Origin: an uncultured Dehalococcoidia bacterium
Lineage (GTDB): Bacteria > Chloroflexota > Dehalococcoidia > UBA2247 > RBG-13-53-26
NCBI GenBank assembly: GCA_964492335.1
Contig: CAZBJX010000008.1
Location: 2,757 to 66,756, forward strand
Length of the DNA stretch: 64,000 nucleotides
Direction of reading: 5' to 3'
Positions 18,116 to 27,628 of this stretch are shown here, piece by piece. Each line of letters opens with the position of its first letter. Within the stretch, counting starts at the first letter, position 1. The translations under genes and the position numbers were made by a program. Under the pieces are notes generated by a model, which worked only from the letters and a program-made list of their open reading frames with translations, made no database searches and was not told the origin of the DNA.

Positions 18116-20965
18116 TTAGCCCTGGCTCAACGTGAACCCGAACCCCTGCATCTGATGGTCCTTGATGTACTGCATCCTGTCTTCGAAGTCCTGGCCCAGG
18201 AAGTACCTCCGGGGCTTGCTCACCTTGCCGGCCTGCAGGTCCTGAAGGCCCTTCAGCACCTTGTCGGGCTTGGCCGGAAGCTCCCTGATCCTGACTCCGG
18301 TGGCATTGTAGATGGCGTTTATCACCGAAGGGAACCCCGTTATGAAGCACTCGGCGCACCCGGAGGCGCCGAACGGCCCGTGCGGCCTGGGAGTCTCCAG
18401 GAAGTTGAGCTCCAGGTCGTCGGGGATATCCTCGATGAACGGGAAGCCCAGTCTGATGAGGCTCGTGTCCTTGGCGGGGTTGTTGAAGTCCTCCGTAAGC
18501 GCCAGGCCGATGGACTGGGCCATGCCGCCATACGCCTGGCCTTCAACGGCCAGCTTGTTGCCGATGACGCCGACGTCGAAGCACCCGGTCATCCTGAGCA
18601 CCTTCGTCTTGCCGGTCTTGACATCAACCTCGACCTCGGTCATGTACACCGCGTAGTTGTACTCGGCGTAGGGGTTCCCCTGGCCGGTGTTCGGGTCCAA
18701 CTCTTCGGTCATCCCGAAGACGGTGTATCTTCCCCGGTGCCTGGTGGGGATACCTTCCTTCGTCATCTCGCCATAGGTGCGGAAGGTCCCGTCCGGCTTG
18801 CGCATGGCGTCCATCAGCTTCTTGGCGGCATCGATGATGGCATTGCCGGCCATGTAGTGCTGAGTGCTGCCCGCCGATGCCCCCGTGTCCGGGCACATCT
18901 TGGTGTCGCTCATGACCAGCCTGATCTGGTCCGGCCTCAGGCCGAGAGGCCGGAGCGCCTCATGCGTCTGCGCCAGCGCGCCTATGTCGCCGCCCTGGCC
19001 CTGGTCTTCCCAGGCGTTGTAGTTGGTGACGGAGCCGTCCGGGTTGAGCTCCAGGTCGACATCCGACGCATCCCCCGGGCCTCTGCCCACGGCGTAGCCG
19101 CCGCAGCTTATCCCCACCCCGCGCTTCTTCTCGGCGGTGGACTCCTTCTTGGCCCTCTTGAGCGCTTCCTGGTACTTGGGGCGCATCATGTCCATCAGCT
19201 TCTCCATCGGATAGACCAACAGCTTGGCCCCGTTGTTGGGCACATCCCCCGGCCGGAGGACGTTCTTGTAGCGGAATTCGAAGGGGTCTATGCCCGCCTT
19301 CTCCGCCAGCTCGTCCATGATCTGCTCGCCGGCCACATACGCCTGGACGGAGCCGAAGGCCCTGAAGGCAGTGGTGAAGGCGTTGTTGGAGCAGGTGCAG
19401 AAGTCTATTCCCCTCACGTTGGGGATCAAGTACGGCCAGCCCATGAACGTGATGCCCTTCTCCACCAGCAGGCAGGCGGCATCGGCATAGGCGCCATGGT
19501 CGTAGAGCAGCTCATACTCCAGCGCCGTGAGCTTGCCGTCCTTGTCACAGGCCATCCTGGCATTGTTGTAGCCCGGGGCCCGCTTTCCGGTCACCACGGT
19601 GTGCTCGATGTAGTCCAGGTCCAGACAGACGGGGAAGCCGTCAACCGCCATGCTGGCGGCCACCACGTACCCCATGGTATTGGGGGACAGCGAGTAGCCG
19701 AAGCTGGCGCCCACGGGGTTGTTGATGATCCGGACTGTCGCCAGGCCGACGCCCATCACGAACATGACCCCGGCGGCGTGGATCAACAGGCTCTTGGACT
19801 GAACGGTGTACTCCCCGCTCTCATCCTTGTAGGCAATGACCGAGTCCGGCTCGAGCACCGCGTGGGGCTGGCGCTGGCTGTAGTAGCTTCCCTCCACCAC
19901 GTGGGCGGACTGGCCCATCACCTCCCTGGTGTCTTTTCCCCTGATCAGGGGCTGCATCAGGAAGACATTGTCGAAGCCTTCGAAGATCTGCTGGGCGTCT
20001 TCAGCCACGGCTTCCAGGCCGGTCATGTAGGCCGGCAGCTCTTCCAGGGTGACCTTGACCTTCTCCGCGGCGGCACGGGCCTGCTGCCGGCCGTGGGCCA
20101 CGACGATGGCGTACACGTCGCCGTACTGGAAGACCCGGTCCTCCACCAGGATCGGGCGTTCGAACTGGTTGCCCGTGTAGCGGGGGCTCATCAGGTTCAC
20201 GTTCCAGAAGCGGTTCGTGCCCTGGATGTCCTTCCGGGTGACGACCTTGACCACCCCCGGCATCTTCTCGGCCTCGGAGACATCGATGTCCAGCACCTTG
20301 GCGCTGGACACCCTGGCGATGGCCAGTGCGGCGTGGTAGGCGGAGCCGGGCACCATCTTGGCATTGACATCCGACCCGTAATCACATGTGCCGGTGACCT
20401 TGGCCAGCGCCGAAGGCCTGGGATAGCCGGTCCCCAGGATGCGGCCGTCCTTCGGCATCTGGAACTCCAGGTCCTTCATGCTCATCTCGCCGCGCAGCAC
20501 CTTCGCGGCGGCCATGACCGCGTCTACAAGAGGCTTGTAGCCGGTGCACCGGCAGGCATTGCGCTGCCTCTGGAACCAGGCCCTCACCTGCTGCCTGGTC
20601 GGGTTGGGGTTCTCGTCCAGCAGGGCCTTCGCGGAGACGATGAAGCCCGGCGAGCAGAACCCGCACTGCGCGCCGCCGTAGACAATCCATGCCAGCTGAA
20701 GAGGATGCAGGCAGGAGGGCGTCCCGATCCCCTCGATGGTGAGGATACTGGAGTGCTCGTCAACCTTGTCCATCCTCTTGGTGCAGGCCTTGGTAACCTT
20801 GCCATCAACCAGGACCGAGCAGGAGCCGCATTGGCCGACGCCGCAGCCGACCTTGGTGCCCGTCAGTCCCAGCGCCCGTACTACGTCGGCGAGGGAGTCA
20901 GTGGGGTCGCATACTATCTGACGTTCCGCCCCGTTGATTTCCAGAAGCATCTTCCTTAGTGCCAT
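18116..20965 (-). CDS. mop: Molybdopterin-dependent aldehyde oxidoreductase (MOP / xanthine oxidase family, fused 2x[2Fe-2S] + Mo domain)
   Basis: GTKVGCGVGQCGSC, QCGFCSPG, CRCTGY, FRAFG, WEDQGQG, GASGCAE (catalytic Glu). Confidence 0.92.
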   Translation of the reverse strand: MALRKMLLEINGAERQIVCDPTDSLADVVRALGLTGTKVGCGVGQCGSCSVLVDGKVTKACTKRMDKVDEHSSILTIEGIGTPSCLHPLQLAWIVYGGAQCGFCSPGFIVSAKALLDENPNPTRQQVRAWFQRQRNACRCTGYKPLVDAVMAAAKVLRGEMSMKDLEFQMPKDGRILGTGYPRPSALAKVTGTCDYGSDVNAKMVPGSAYHAALAIARVSSAKVLDIDVSEAEKMPGVVKVVTRKDIQGTNRFWNVNLMSPRYTGNQFERPILVEDRVFQYGDVYAIVVAHGRQQARAAAEKVKVTLEELPAYMTGLEAVAEDAQQIFEGFDNVFLMQPLIRGKDTREVMGQSAHVVEGSYYSQRQPHAVLEPDSVIAYKDESGEYTVQSKSLLIHAAGVMFVMGVGLATVRIINNPVGASFGYSLSPNTMGYVVAASMAVDGFPVCLDLDYIEHTVVTGKRAPGYNNARMACDKDGKLTALEYELLYDHGAYADAACLLVEKGITFMGWPYLIPNVRGIDFCTCSNNAFTTAFRAFGSVQAYVAGEQIMDELAEKAGIDPFEFRYKNVLRPGDVPNNGAKLLVYPMEKLMDMMRPKYQEALKRAKKESTAEKKRGVGISCGGYAVGRGPGDASDVDLELNPDGSVTNYNAWEDQGQGGDIGALAQTHEALRPLGLRPDQIRLVMSDTKMCPDTGASAGSTQHYMAGNAIIDAAKKLMDAMRKPDGTFRTYGEMTKEGIPTRHRGRYTVFGMTEELDPNTGQGNPYAEYNYAVYMTEVEVDVKTGKTKVLRMTGCFDVGVIGNKLAVEGQAYGGMAQSIGLALTEDFNNPAKDTSLIRLGFPFIEDIPDDLELNFLETPRPHGPFGASGCAECFITGFPSVINAIYNATGVRIRELPAKPDKVLKGLQDLQAGKVSKPRRYFLGQDFEDRMQYIKDHQMQGFGFTLSQG

Positions 20966-21480
20966 TCTTTCCCCTCCTTCTTAGTGTGCTGCCCTGCAAG
21001 TTCGAGGCGGTCTGCCCGCCCACCTCCCACCATCCCGCAACCGGCCCCGGGTCCGGTGCAGCCGGAGGCCCTGCCGATGGGGTGGGAAGAGGTTCGAAGA
21101 CCGGCCGGTTCGTGCTCTCTGTCCTGCATCATTGCGCGGCTGCTTCTCGATAACCCTGTATTGAAGAGGGTGCCTGAGCAGTTGCGGTGCATACGAGGGC
21201 GCTTCGCCAGGGCAGGCCGGCTTCCACGGCCTTCCCGCAATGGGAGGCACGGGCATGCCCGCCTGGACCCCCGGGGTCCCCCCCCCGCCCATGGTATGAG
21301 CGCCAGGACTGGCCTGTTGCTCTTCCTCGACCAATCGTAACAGAAGGTTTTTGAGGGTGTCAAATCAGCCCCTTCTCCGGTTGGGCCCGGACAGGAAGGG
21401 CAGCCTGAGGGCGGCATGCGGACGCCCCAGGTCCGCCGCGACCGGCGGCCTGAGCGGGTTGTGCCGCGCCGGGCAGAGGC

Positions 21481-21711
21481 CTATTTGCGCCAGTAGTTGT
21501 TGGCGGCGGCGATGGTCTGGAAGTTGATGGCCACCACCTGAGATGTGGCAATCAGCGAGTCCGCATCCTCCGAGTACAGCGGGCGGAGCCTCTTGCGCAC
21601 GGCCTCGTCCGGCTGGACGTACTTGACGGCGTGCCGGCTGAGGGTGATCGCCAGTTCGAAGCCGGCCTGGGGCGTGTCCGTGATGAGCGTGTCAAGCCAT
21701 AGATCTGCCAT
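21481..21711 (-). CDS. Hexameric tyrosine-coordinated heme protein (HTHP)
   Basis: WLDTLITDTPQAGFELAITLSR...LRPLY...FQTIAAANNYW; heme Tyr and Arg positions retained; AGGAGG RBS. Confidence 0.92.
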   Translation of the reverse strand: MADLWLDTLITDTPQAGFELAITLSRHAVKYVQPDEAVRKRLRPLYSEDADSLIATSQVVAINFQTIAAANNYWRK

Positions 21712-21898
21712 TTGCCTGCCCTCCTATCCTGGTGAAGAACACGTGGCCGCATGGACCTGCACCATGCTGTTGCCGCCCGACCGGGTGCTGCCGGAGGCAG
21801 TGGCCCTCGCTACCACTTAGTATAACCCAGGCTGTCACTGCACTGACGGACGCGGTCTTCACCGGCCGCCCGGCCGGTGTCTGACGGGGAGCGCGCGG

Positions 21899-22132
21899 TG
21901 GTATCATGTTCTCGCTCAACTTCTACAGTGGAACGGCAGCCTGCTGGCCAAGGCATTGTCGCTTCCCGCCGATTACGTATGGAAGGTGCTCCGGGGCCAT
22001 GGGATCCAGCTGCGGCGAAGACGCAGCTGGTGCATAAGCACCGACCCGGAATTTGCCCGGAAGGCGGCTGACGTGGCGGGCCTGTATCTCGACCCGCCAA
22101 AGGCCTTGAGCGCCGTTGCGCTAATGACTTAA
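21899..22132 (+). mobile_element. IS630-family transposase fragment (inactive remnant)
   Basis: Hand translation QWNGSLLAKAL...VWKVLRGHGIQLRRRRSWCISTDPEFARKAADVAGLYLDPP, then a stop before the first catalytic Asp (expected VDEK). Confidence 0.85.
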
Positions 22133-22204
22133 GTGAACAGTATTGGGGCCAGGCCGTTGGGTCCGTCCGGCGTTCGACGACGCCGCTGCAGGGCCGGCAG
22201 GCCC

Positions 22205-23908
22205 CTACCGCTTCTCGGCCAGCATCCCGGCGATCTTAGCCGGCAGGCCTTCGAGGGGCAGGGTCTGGCTCTCGCCCCCGCTGCGCCACTTGAGCTCGGC
22301 GCTCTGGGACTTGAGGGTGCGCTGGCTGATGACCACCCGCAGCGGCATCCCCAGCAGGTCGGCGTCGTTGAACCTGACGCCGGCCGACTCGGCCCGGTCG
22401 TCGAAGAGCACCTCCACCCCCGCCGCCGGCAGGTCCGCGTACAGCTTCTCCGCCGCCGCCGCCACCTCTGGCCGGTCCGCGCCCAGGGCGCAGAGGTAGA
22501 CGTGGTAGGGGGCCAGGGAGACCGGCCAGAGAATGCCCTTGTCGTCGTGGTGGCGTTCGATCACGGTGGCCAGCAGACGGCCGATGCCGATGCCGTAGCT
22601 CCCCATAACGATGGGCTGCTGCGCCCCGCCCTGGTCCAGGTACGAGGCCCCCATCTTCTCGCTGAAGACCGTGCCCAGCTTGAAGATGTGCCCCACCTCG
22701 ATGCCCCGGGTGATGGCCAGCGCCTGCCCGCACTTCGGGCAGCCCTGGCCGGCCTGGGCCGAGGCGATGTCCAGCACCAGGTCCACGGCGAAATCCCGCG
22801 GGTAGTTGAGGTTCCTGACATGATAGCCGGGGCGGTTGGCCCCGGCCACGAAGTTGATCCCCTCCGCGACGGAGTCATCGGCCACCGTCCTGATGCCCGA
22901 AAGCCCCAGCGGGGACGCCGCGCCGGCCACCAGGCCGGCGCCGGTCACCTCGCCCTCCGTGGCCAGGCGCAGGTCGGTGCACTTCAGGGCGTTCTTCAGC
23001 TTGATCTCGTTGACCTCCAGGTCGCCCCGGATGGCCACGAAGACGGTCCGGCCGTCGGCGGCGTAGAAGACGGCCTTCAGGGTGCGGCTCCTGGGCACCT
23101 TCAGGAAGCCGGAGACCTCCTCGATGGACTTCATGCCCGGCGTGGCCACCTCCTCCAGGGGCAGCGGCGCCTCGCGGGGCGCCGCCGGCTTGACGCTCTG
23201 GGCCTTCTCCAGGTTGGCGGCATACCCGCAGGCGTCGCAGTAGATGATCTGGTCCTCGCCGCTGTCGGTGACGGCCATGAACTCGTGGGAGTCCTTGCCG
23301 CCGATGGCCCCGCTGTCGGCCTCCACCATCATGACGGGCAGGCCGCAGCGCTCATAGATCCGCACGTAGGCCTGCATCACCTTCTGGTAGCTCACGTCCA
23401 GGGCCCCCCAGCCGGCGTCGAAGCTGTAGAGGTCCATCATGTCGAACTCCCGGACCCGCAGCAGGCCGCCGCGGGGACGGGGCTCGTCCCGGAACTTGGT
23501 CTGTATCTGGTAGAGCAGTTGCGGCAGGTCGCGGTAGCTCCTCACCTGGAACCGGGCCAGCTCGGTGATCACCTCCTCGTGGGTGGGGCCCAGGAAGAGC
23601 TTCCGCTCCCGGCGGTCGGCGACGGAGAACATGATCTGGCCCATGGCATGGTGCCGGCCCGTCTTCTCCCAGAGCTCCGCCGGCTGCAGGGCCGGCATCA
23701 TCAGCTCCTGGCAGCCCACGGCGTCCAGCTCCTGGCGGACGATCTGACAGAGCTTGCGCAGCGTCCGCCACCCCAGCGGGAGGTAGGCGTAGACCCCGGC
23801 GGCGATCTGGTGGACCATGCCCGACCGCAGCAGCAACTGGTGGCTGATGGTGTCGGCCTCGGCCGGGGTCTCCCGCAGGGTCCTGGTCATCATTTGGGAT
23901 ACACGCAT
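22205..23908 (-). CDS. proS: Prolyl-tRNA synthetase with editing domain
   Basis: MRVSQMMTRTLRE, LGPTHEE, YQIQTKFRDEPRPR, GIEVGHIF, MGSYGIG. Confidence 0.97.
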   Translation of the reverse strand: MRVSQMMTRTLRETPAEADTISHQLLLRSGMVHQIAAGVYAYLPLGWRTLRKLCQIVRQELDAVGCQELMMPALQPAELWEKTGRHHAMGQIMFSVADRRERKLFLGPTHEEVITELARFQVRSYRDLPQLLYQIQTKFRDEPRPRGGLLRVREFDMMDLYSFDAGWGALDVSYQKVMQAYVRIYERCGLPVMMVEADSGAIGGKDSHEFMAVTDSGEDQIIYCDACGYAANLEKAQSVKPAAPREAPLPLEEVATPGMKSIEEVSGFLKVPRSRTLKAVFYAADGRTVFVAIRGDLEVNEIKLKNALKCTDLRLATEGEVTGAGLVAGAASPLGLSGIRTVADDSVAEGINFVAGANRPGYHVRNLNYPRDFAVDLVLDIASAQAGQGCPKCGQALAITRGIEVGHIFKLGTVFSEKMGASYLDQGGAQQPIVMGSYGIGIGRLLATVIERHHDDKGILWPVSLAPYHVYLCALGADRPEVAAAAEKLYADLPAAGVEVLFDDRAESAGVRFNDADLLGMPLRVVISQRTLKSQSAELKWRSGGESQTLPLEGLPAKIAGMLAEKR

Positions 23909-23918
23909 GGCTCCTACC

Positions 23919-25064
23919 TCAGACTCCTTCCACTTCGCGCATGAGGCCCTCCAGGAAATCGGCCTCCGCCACCGTCCGCACCACCTCGCCCTTCCGGAAG
24001 ATGGCTCCCTTCTCCCGGCCGCAGGCGATCCCCACGTCGGCGTCACGGGCCTCGCCGGGGCCGTTGACCACGCAGCCCATGACGGCCACCTTGACCGGCT
24101 TGCCGATGCCGGCCAGCCGGTCCCCCACGGACCGGGCCAGGCCGAAGAGGTCCACCTCGCAGCGGCCGCAGGTGGGGCAGCTGATCAGGGTGGGCCCGTG
24201 CTCCCGCAGGCCCAGGCTCTTGAGGATCTCGTAGGCGGCGGCCACCTCCTCCCGGGGGTCGGCGGTGAGGGAGACCCGGATGGTGTCGCCTATCCCTTCG
24301 TGCAGCAGTATGCCCAGGCCCACGGCGCTGCGGATGGCCCCCTCGCGGGGCAGACCGGCCTCGGTGATGCCCAGGTGCAGCGGGCAGGCCGTCTTCCGGG
24401 CCATCAGGCGGTAGGCCTCGATGGTGGTGGGGACGTCGAAGGCCTTCAGGGACACCTTGATCAGGCCGAAGTCCATGCCCTCCAGCAGCCTGACCTGCTC
24501 CAGGGCGGCCGCCACCATGCGCCGGGCCACATTGCCCCGGGCCGGCAGCCGTGCGCCCGCGCCAGGGTCCGGTTTTCGCGGCCCGGCATCAGCCGCCCGC
24601 GACCGCCGGGCCTCTGCCGCCGGCCGCAACGCAGAGGGGCCGGTGGCCGGCCGCGGCAGGCTGCCGGCGTTGACCCCGATGCGAATGGGGACGCTGCGCT
24701 CCCTGGCAGATCGCACCACGGCCGCGATCTGCTCCGGATCGCTGATGTTGCCCGGGTTGAGCCGCAGGCCGTCCACGCCGGCCTCCAGGGCGGCCAGAGC
24801 CAGGCGGTAGTCGAAATGAATATCGGCGATGAGCGGGACCCCGGCCCGGCGTTTGATGGCCCGGAGCGCTATCGCGGCCTCCATGTCCGGGACGGCCAGC
24901 CGCACCAGCTCGCAGCCGCACTCAGCCAGGTCCCGGATCTGTCTGACGGTGGCCGCCACGTCACGGGTGTCGGTCTTGGTCATAGACTGCACCACCACCG
25001 GCGCCCCGCCCCCGACGGTCACCCCGCCGATGCTTATGGCCCTGGCGGCCCGGCGTTTCTTCAT
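23919..25064 (-). CDS. ispG: (E)-4-hydroxy-3-methylbut-2-enyl diphosphate synthase
   Basis: VQSMTKTDT, ADIHF, RLNPGN, IRIGVNAGSL, LHLGITEAG, ISCPTCGR, AVMGCVVNGPGE. Confidence 0.96.
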   Translation of the reverse strand: MKKRRAARAISIGGVTVGGGAPVVVQSMTKTDTRDVAATVRQIRDLAECGCELVRLAVPDMEAAIALRAIKRRAGVPLIADIHFDYRLALAALEAGVDGLRLNPGNISDPEQIAAVVRSARERSVPIRIGVNAGSLPRPATGPSALRPAAEARRSRAADAGPRKPDPGAGARLPARGNVARRMVAAALEQVRLLEGMDFGLIKVSLKAFDVPTTIEAYRLMARKTACPLHLGITEAGLPREGAIRSAVGLGILLHEGIGDTIRVSLTADPREEVAAAYEILKSLGLREHGPTLISCPTCGRCEVDLFGLARSVGDRLAGIGKPVKVAVMGCVVNGPGEARDADVGIACGREKGAIFRKGEVVRTVAEADFLEGLMREVEGV

Positions 25065-26479
25065 AGGCCGGTGAAGTCCTCGCCCCTGATGATGCGGGCG
25101 ATGTCGCTGTAGAAGACCACCACGAAGAGCATGAGCATCAGCGCCGTCCCCACGAAGTAGACGAAGCGCACGGACTGCCGGGGCAGGCGATGGCCGCGGC
25201 GCAGTCCCTCTGTCACGGCCTTCAGGCTGCCGCGGCGGCGCAGGGCATGGACGAAGGGGCGCGCCCCGCCGCGCAGGCTCTCGATGAGCGCAATGAGCAT
25301 GCCGCCGCCGTCCAGGGGCGGGATGGGCAGGAAGTTGAAGAGGGACAGACTGATGCTGATGAAGCCCCCCAGGAAGAGGATGCTGGCCATGCCGCCCACC
25401 TTCACCACCTCCACCGTGAGCTGGGCCGCGCCCACCGGGCCCACGAAGGCCGACCCCGGATTGTCGCGGACCAGGGGCAGGGACTCCTTGACCAGGGAGG
25501 GCAGGTGGATGATGAAGCTGCCGGCCTCGGACAGGCCCCCCCACAGCGAGCGCCTCTCTTCAGTGAAGCTGGCCCCCTCGACCCACTGTATGGTCACCCC
25601 CGCCAGGGCCCCGTCGGTCACGGCGCCGGCCGGCGCCACCACGTTGGTCTCGCTGCGGGTGCCGTCCCCCCGGACCCGTTCCACCAGCAGAGTCAGGTCC
25701 TCTCCCCCGGCGGAGGCCTCGATCAGGGCCCCGGAGAAGCTCTGGCGGTCGTAGACCCATTCACCGTTCACCTGCAGGACCGTGTCCCCCGGCTCCATGG
25801 CCCCGGCCAGGGGCGAGCCCGCGTCCACGGCGGTCACCGTGTCCAGCCAGGTGGAGATCGACACGCCCAGGATGTACCGGCTGCGGTCTTCGATATACTG
25901 CGGCAGCACCGGGACCGGCGCCAGCTCCACGCCTCCCCTCTGGATGACGACGGCCTTGGGGACCTGCGGGTCGATATTGATGGCGTCCCCCACGTCGCCC
26001 ACGCTGCTCATCAGGGCCCCGTCGATGGTCACTATGACGTCCCCCGCCCGGACGCCCGCCTCCTCCGCCACCGAGCCAGCGGCCACCGAGTGCACCATCA
26101 CCCCTCGGTTCCCGCTTATCTCGGCGGTGGTCACGCTCATGAAGAAGGCGGTGATGAACACCAGGGCCAGCGCCATGTTCACCAGGGGGCCGGCCGCGTA
26201 CACGCCTATCCTGACCCAGGGGCCCTTGCCGGCCAGGCCGCCCTCGACCGTGGGGTCGTCCTCCCCCACCGGACGGACGAAGGCGCCCACCGGAATGAGG
26301 TTGATGGAATAGGTGGTGCCGCCCCTCTTGAACGAGAACAGCCGCGGCGGGAAGCCGATGCCGAACTCCTCGATCACCACCCCCGCCTTCCTCGATGCCA
26401 GGAAGTGGCCCAGCTCGTGGCAGGTGACCAGGAAGAACAGCATGAGGACAAAGGCGATAACGGTCAGCAGAACACCCAT
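25061..26479 (-). CDS. rseP: RIP metalloprotease RseP with two PDZ domains
   Basis: HELGH, AGPLVN, NFLPIPPLDGG motifs. Confidence 0.93.
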   Translation of the reverse strand: MGVLLTVIAFVLMLFFLVTCHELGHFLASRKAGVVIEEFGIGFPPRLFSFKRGGTTYSINLIPVGAFVRPVGEDDPTVEGGLAGKGPWVRIGVYAAGPLVNMALALVFITAFFMSVTTAEISGNRGVMVHSVAAGSVAEEAGVRAGDVIVTIDGALMSSVGDVGDAINIDPQVPKAVVIQRGGVELAPVPVLPQYIEDRSRYILGVSISTWLDTVTAVDAGSPLAGAMEPGDTVLQVNGEWVYDRQSFSGALIEASAGGEDLTLLVERVRGDGTRSETNVVAPAGAVTDGALAGVTIQWVEGASFTEERRSLWGGLSEAGSFIIHLPSLVKESLPLVRDNPGSAFVGPVGAAQLTVEVVKVGGMASILFLGGFISISLSLFNFLPIPPLDGGGMLIALIESLRGGARPFVHALRRRGSLKAVTEGLRRGHRLPRQSVRFVYFVGTALMLMLFVVVFYSDIARIIRGEDFTGL

Positions 26480-26482
26480 GGT

Positions 26483-27628
26483 CTAGTGACTTCTCCATTC
26501 CCCGGCGTGCCGCCGGGCCCAGCCATCAGCTTCCAGCACGTCGTCCAGTGAGGGGCGCGCCGGCCCGCGGTGGCGCTCCAGGGCATCCCCCACCAGCCGG
26601 GCGATGTCCGAAAGGCCGATCCGGCCGGAGAGAAACAGCTCCACCGCCACCTCGTCCGCCGCGCACAGCACCGCCGGGTAGGTCCCCCCCTTTTCCCCCG
26701 CCTCGCGCGCCAGCCTCAGGCAGGGGAAACGGTCCAGGTCCGGCGGCTCGAAGTCCAGGGTCATGGCGGCGTCCCATCCCATCACGGGCAGGTCCGGGTT
26801 GGCATGCCTGTCCGGATAGAGCAGGGCGTACTGAATGGGCAGCCGCATGTCGGGCCGGCCCAGCTGGGCCTTGATCGAGCCGTCAGCAAACTCCACCATG
26901 GAATGCACCACGCTCTGAGTGTGCACCACCACGCTGATGCGGCTGTAGGGCAGGCCGAACAGCCAGTGGGCCTCGATGACCTCCATCCCCTTGTTCATCA
27001 GGGTGGCCGAGTCGATGGTCACCTTGCGCCCCATCTTCCAGGTGGGGTGGGCCAGGGCCTGCTCCGGGGTGATGGCCTCCATCTCCCCGGCCGGGTAGCG
27101 CAGGAACGGCCCCCCGGAGGCCGTCAGCAGCAGCCGGGCCACGCTGCGCTTCCGCTCTCCCCTGAGGCACTGCCAGATGGCGCTGTGCTCGCTGTCCACC
27201 GGCCGGACCTTCACCCCGTGCTTGCGGGCCTCGGCCATCACCAGGGCCCCGGCCATCACCAGGACCTCCTTGTTGGCCAGGGCCACCTCCTTGCCCGCGC
27301 GGATGGCGGCCAGCGTCGGGGCCAGCCCCGCCTTGCCAGCCGTGGCGATCACCACCAGGTCCACCCCGGGGTGCGCCGCCATCTCCTCCAGCGACACCAT
27401 CTCCGGCGCGGGGCCGCCGCCGGCGGGGAGGGCCTCCCGCAGCCGGGGCCCTGGCCCGGCAAATGAGACCGCCTGCGGCTGGAACTCGCGTATCTGGCCG
27501 GCCAGGAGCCTGGCGTTGCCGCCGGCGGCAAGGCCGACGATCGAGAGCTTGCCGGAGAGGGCCCGGGCTACTTCGAGTGTCTGCTGGCCGATGGACCCCG
27601 TGGAGCCAAGGATGGCAATCCTCTTCAA
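26483..27628 (-). CDS. dxr: 1-deoxy-D-xylulose-5-phosphate reductoisomerase
   Basis: LGSTGSIG, LANKE, PVDSEH, LTASGGPF, HPTWKMG, DSATLMNKG; TTG start overlapping the cdsA stop. Confidence 0.97.
   Translation of the reverse strand: MKRIAILGSTGSIGQQTLEVARALSGKLSIVGLAAGGNARLLAGQIREFQPQAVSFAGPGPRLREALPAGGGPAPEMVSLEEMAAHPGVDLVVIATAGKAGLAPTLAAIRAGKEVALANKEVLVMAGALVMAEARKHGVKVRPVDSEHSAIWQCLRGERKRSVARLLLTASGGPFLRYPAGEMEAITPEQALAHPTWKMGRKVTIDSATLMNKGMEVIEAHWLFGLPYSRISVVVHTQSVVHSMVEFADGSIKAQLGRPDMRLPIQYALLYPDRHANPDLPVMGWDAAMTLDFEPPDLDRFPCLRLAREAGEKGGTYPAVLCAADEVAVELFLSGRIGLSDIARLVGDALERHRGPARPSLDDVLEADGWARRHAGEWRSH

Noticed and set aside
15634-20965. Selenocysteine read-through in the Mo/Fe-S oxidoreductases
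   Set aside because: Both ORFs are uninterrupted; no in-frame TGA at catalytic positions
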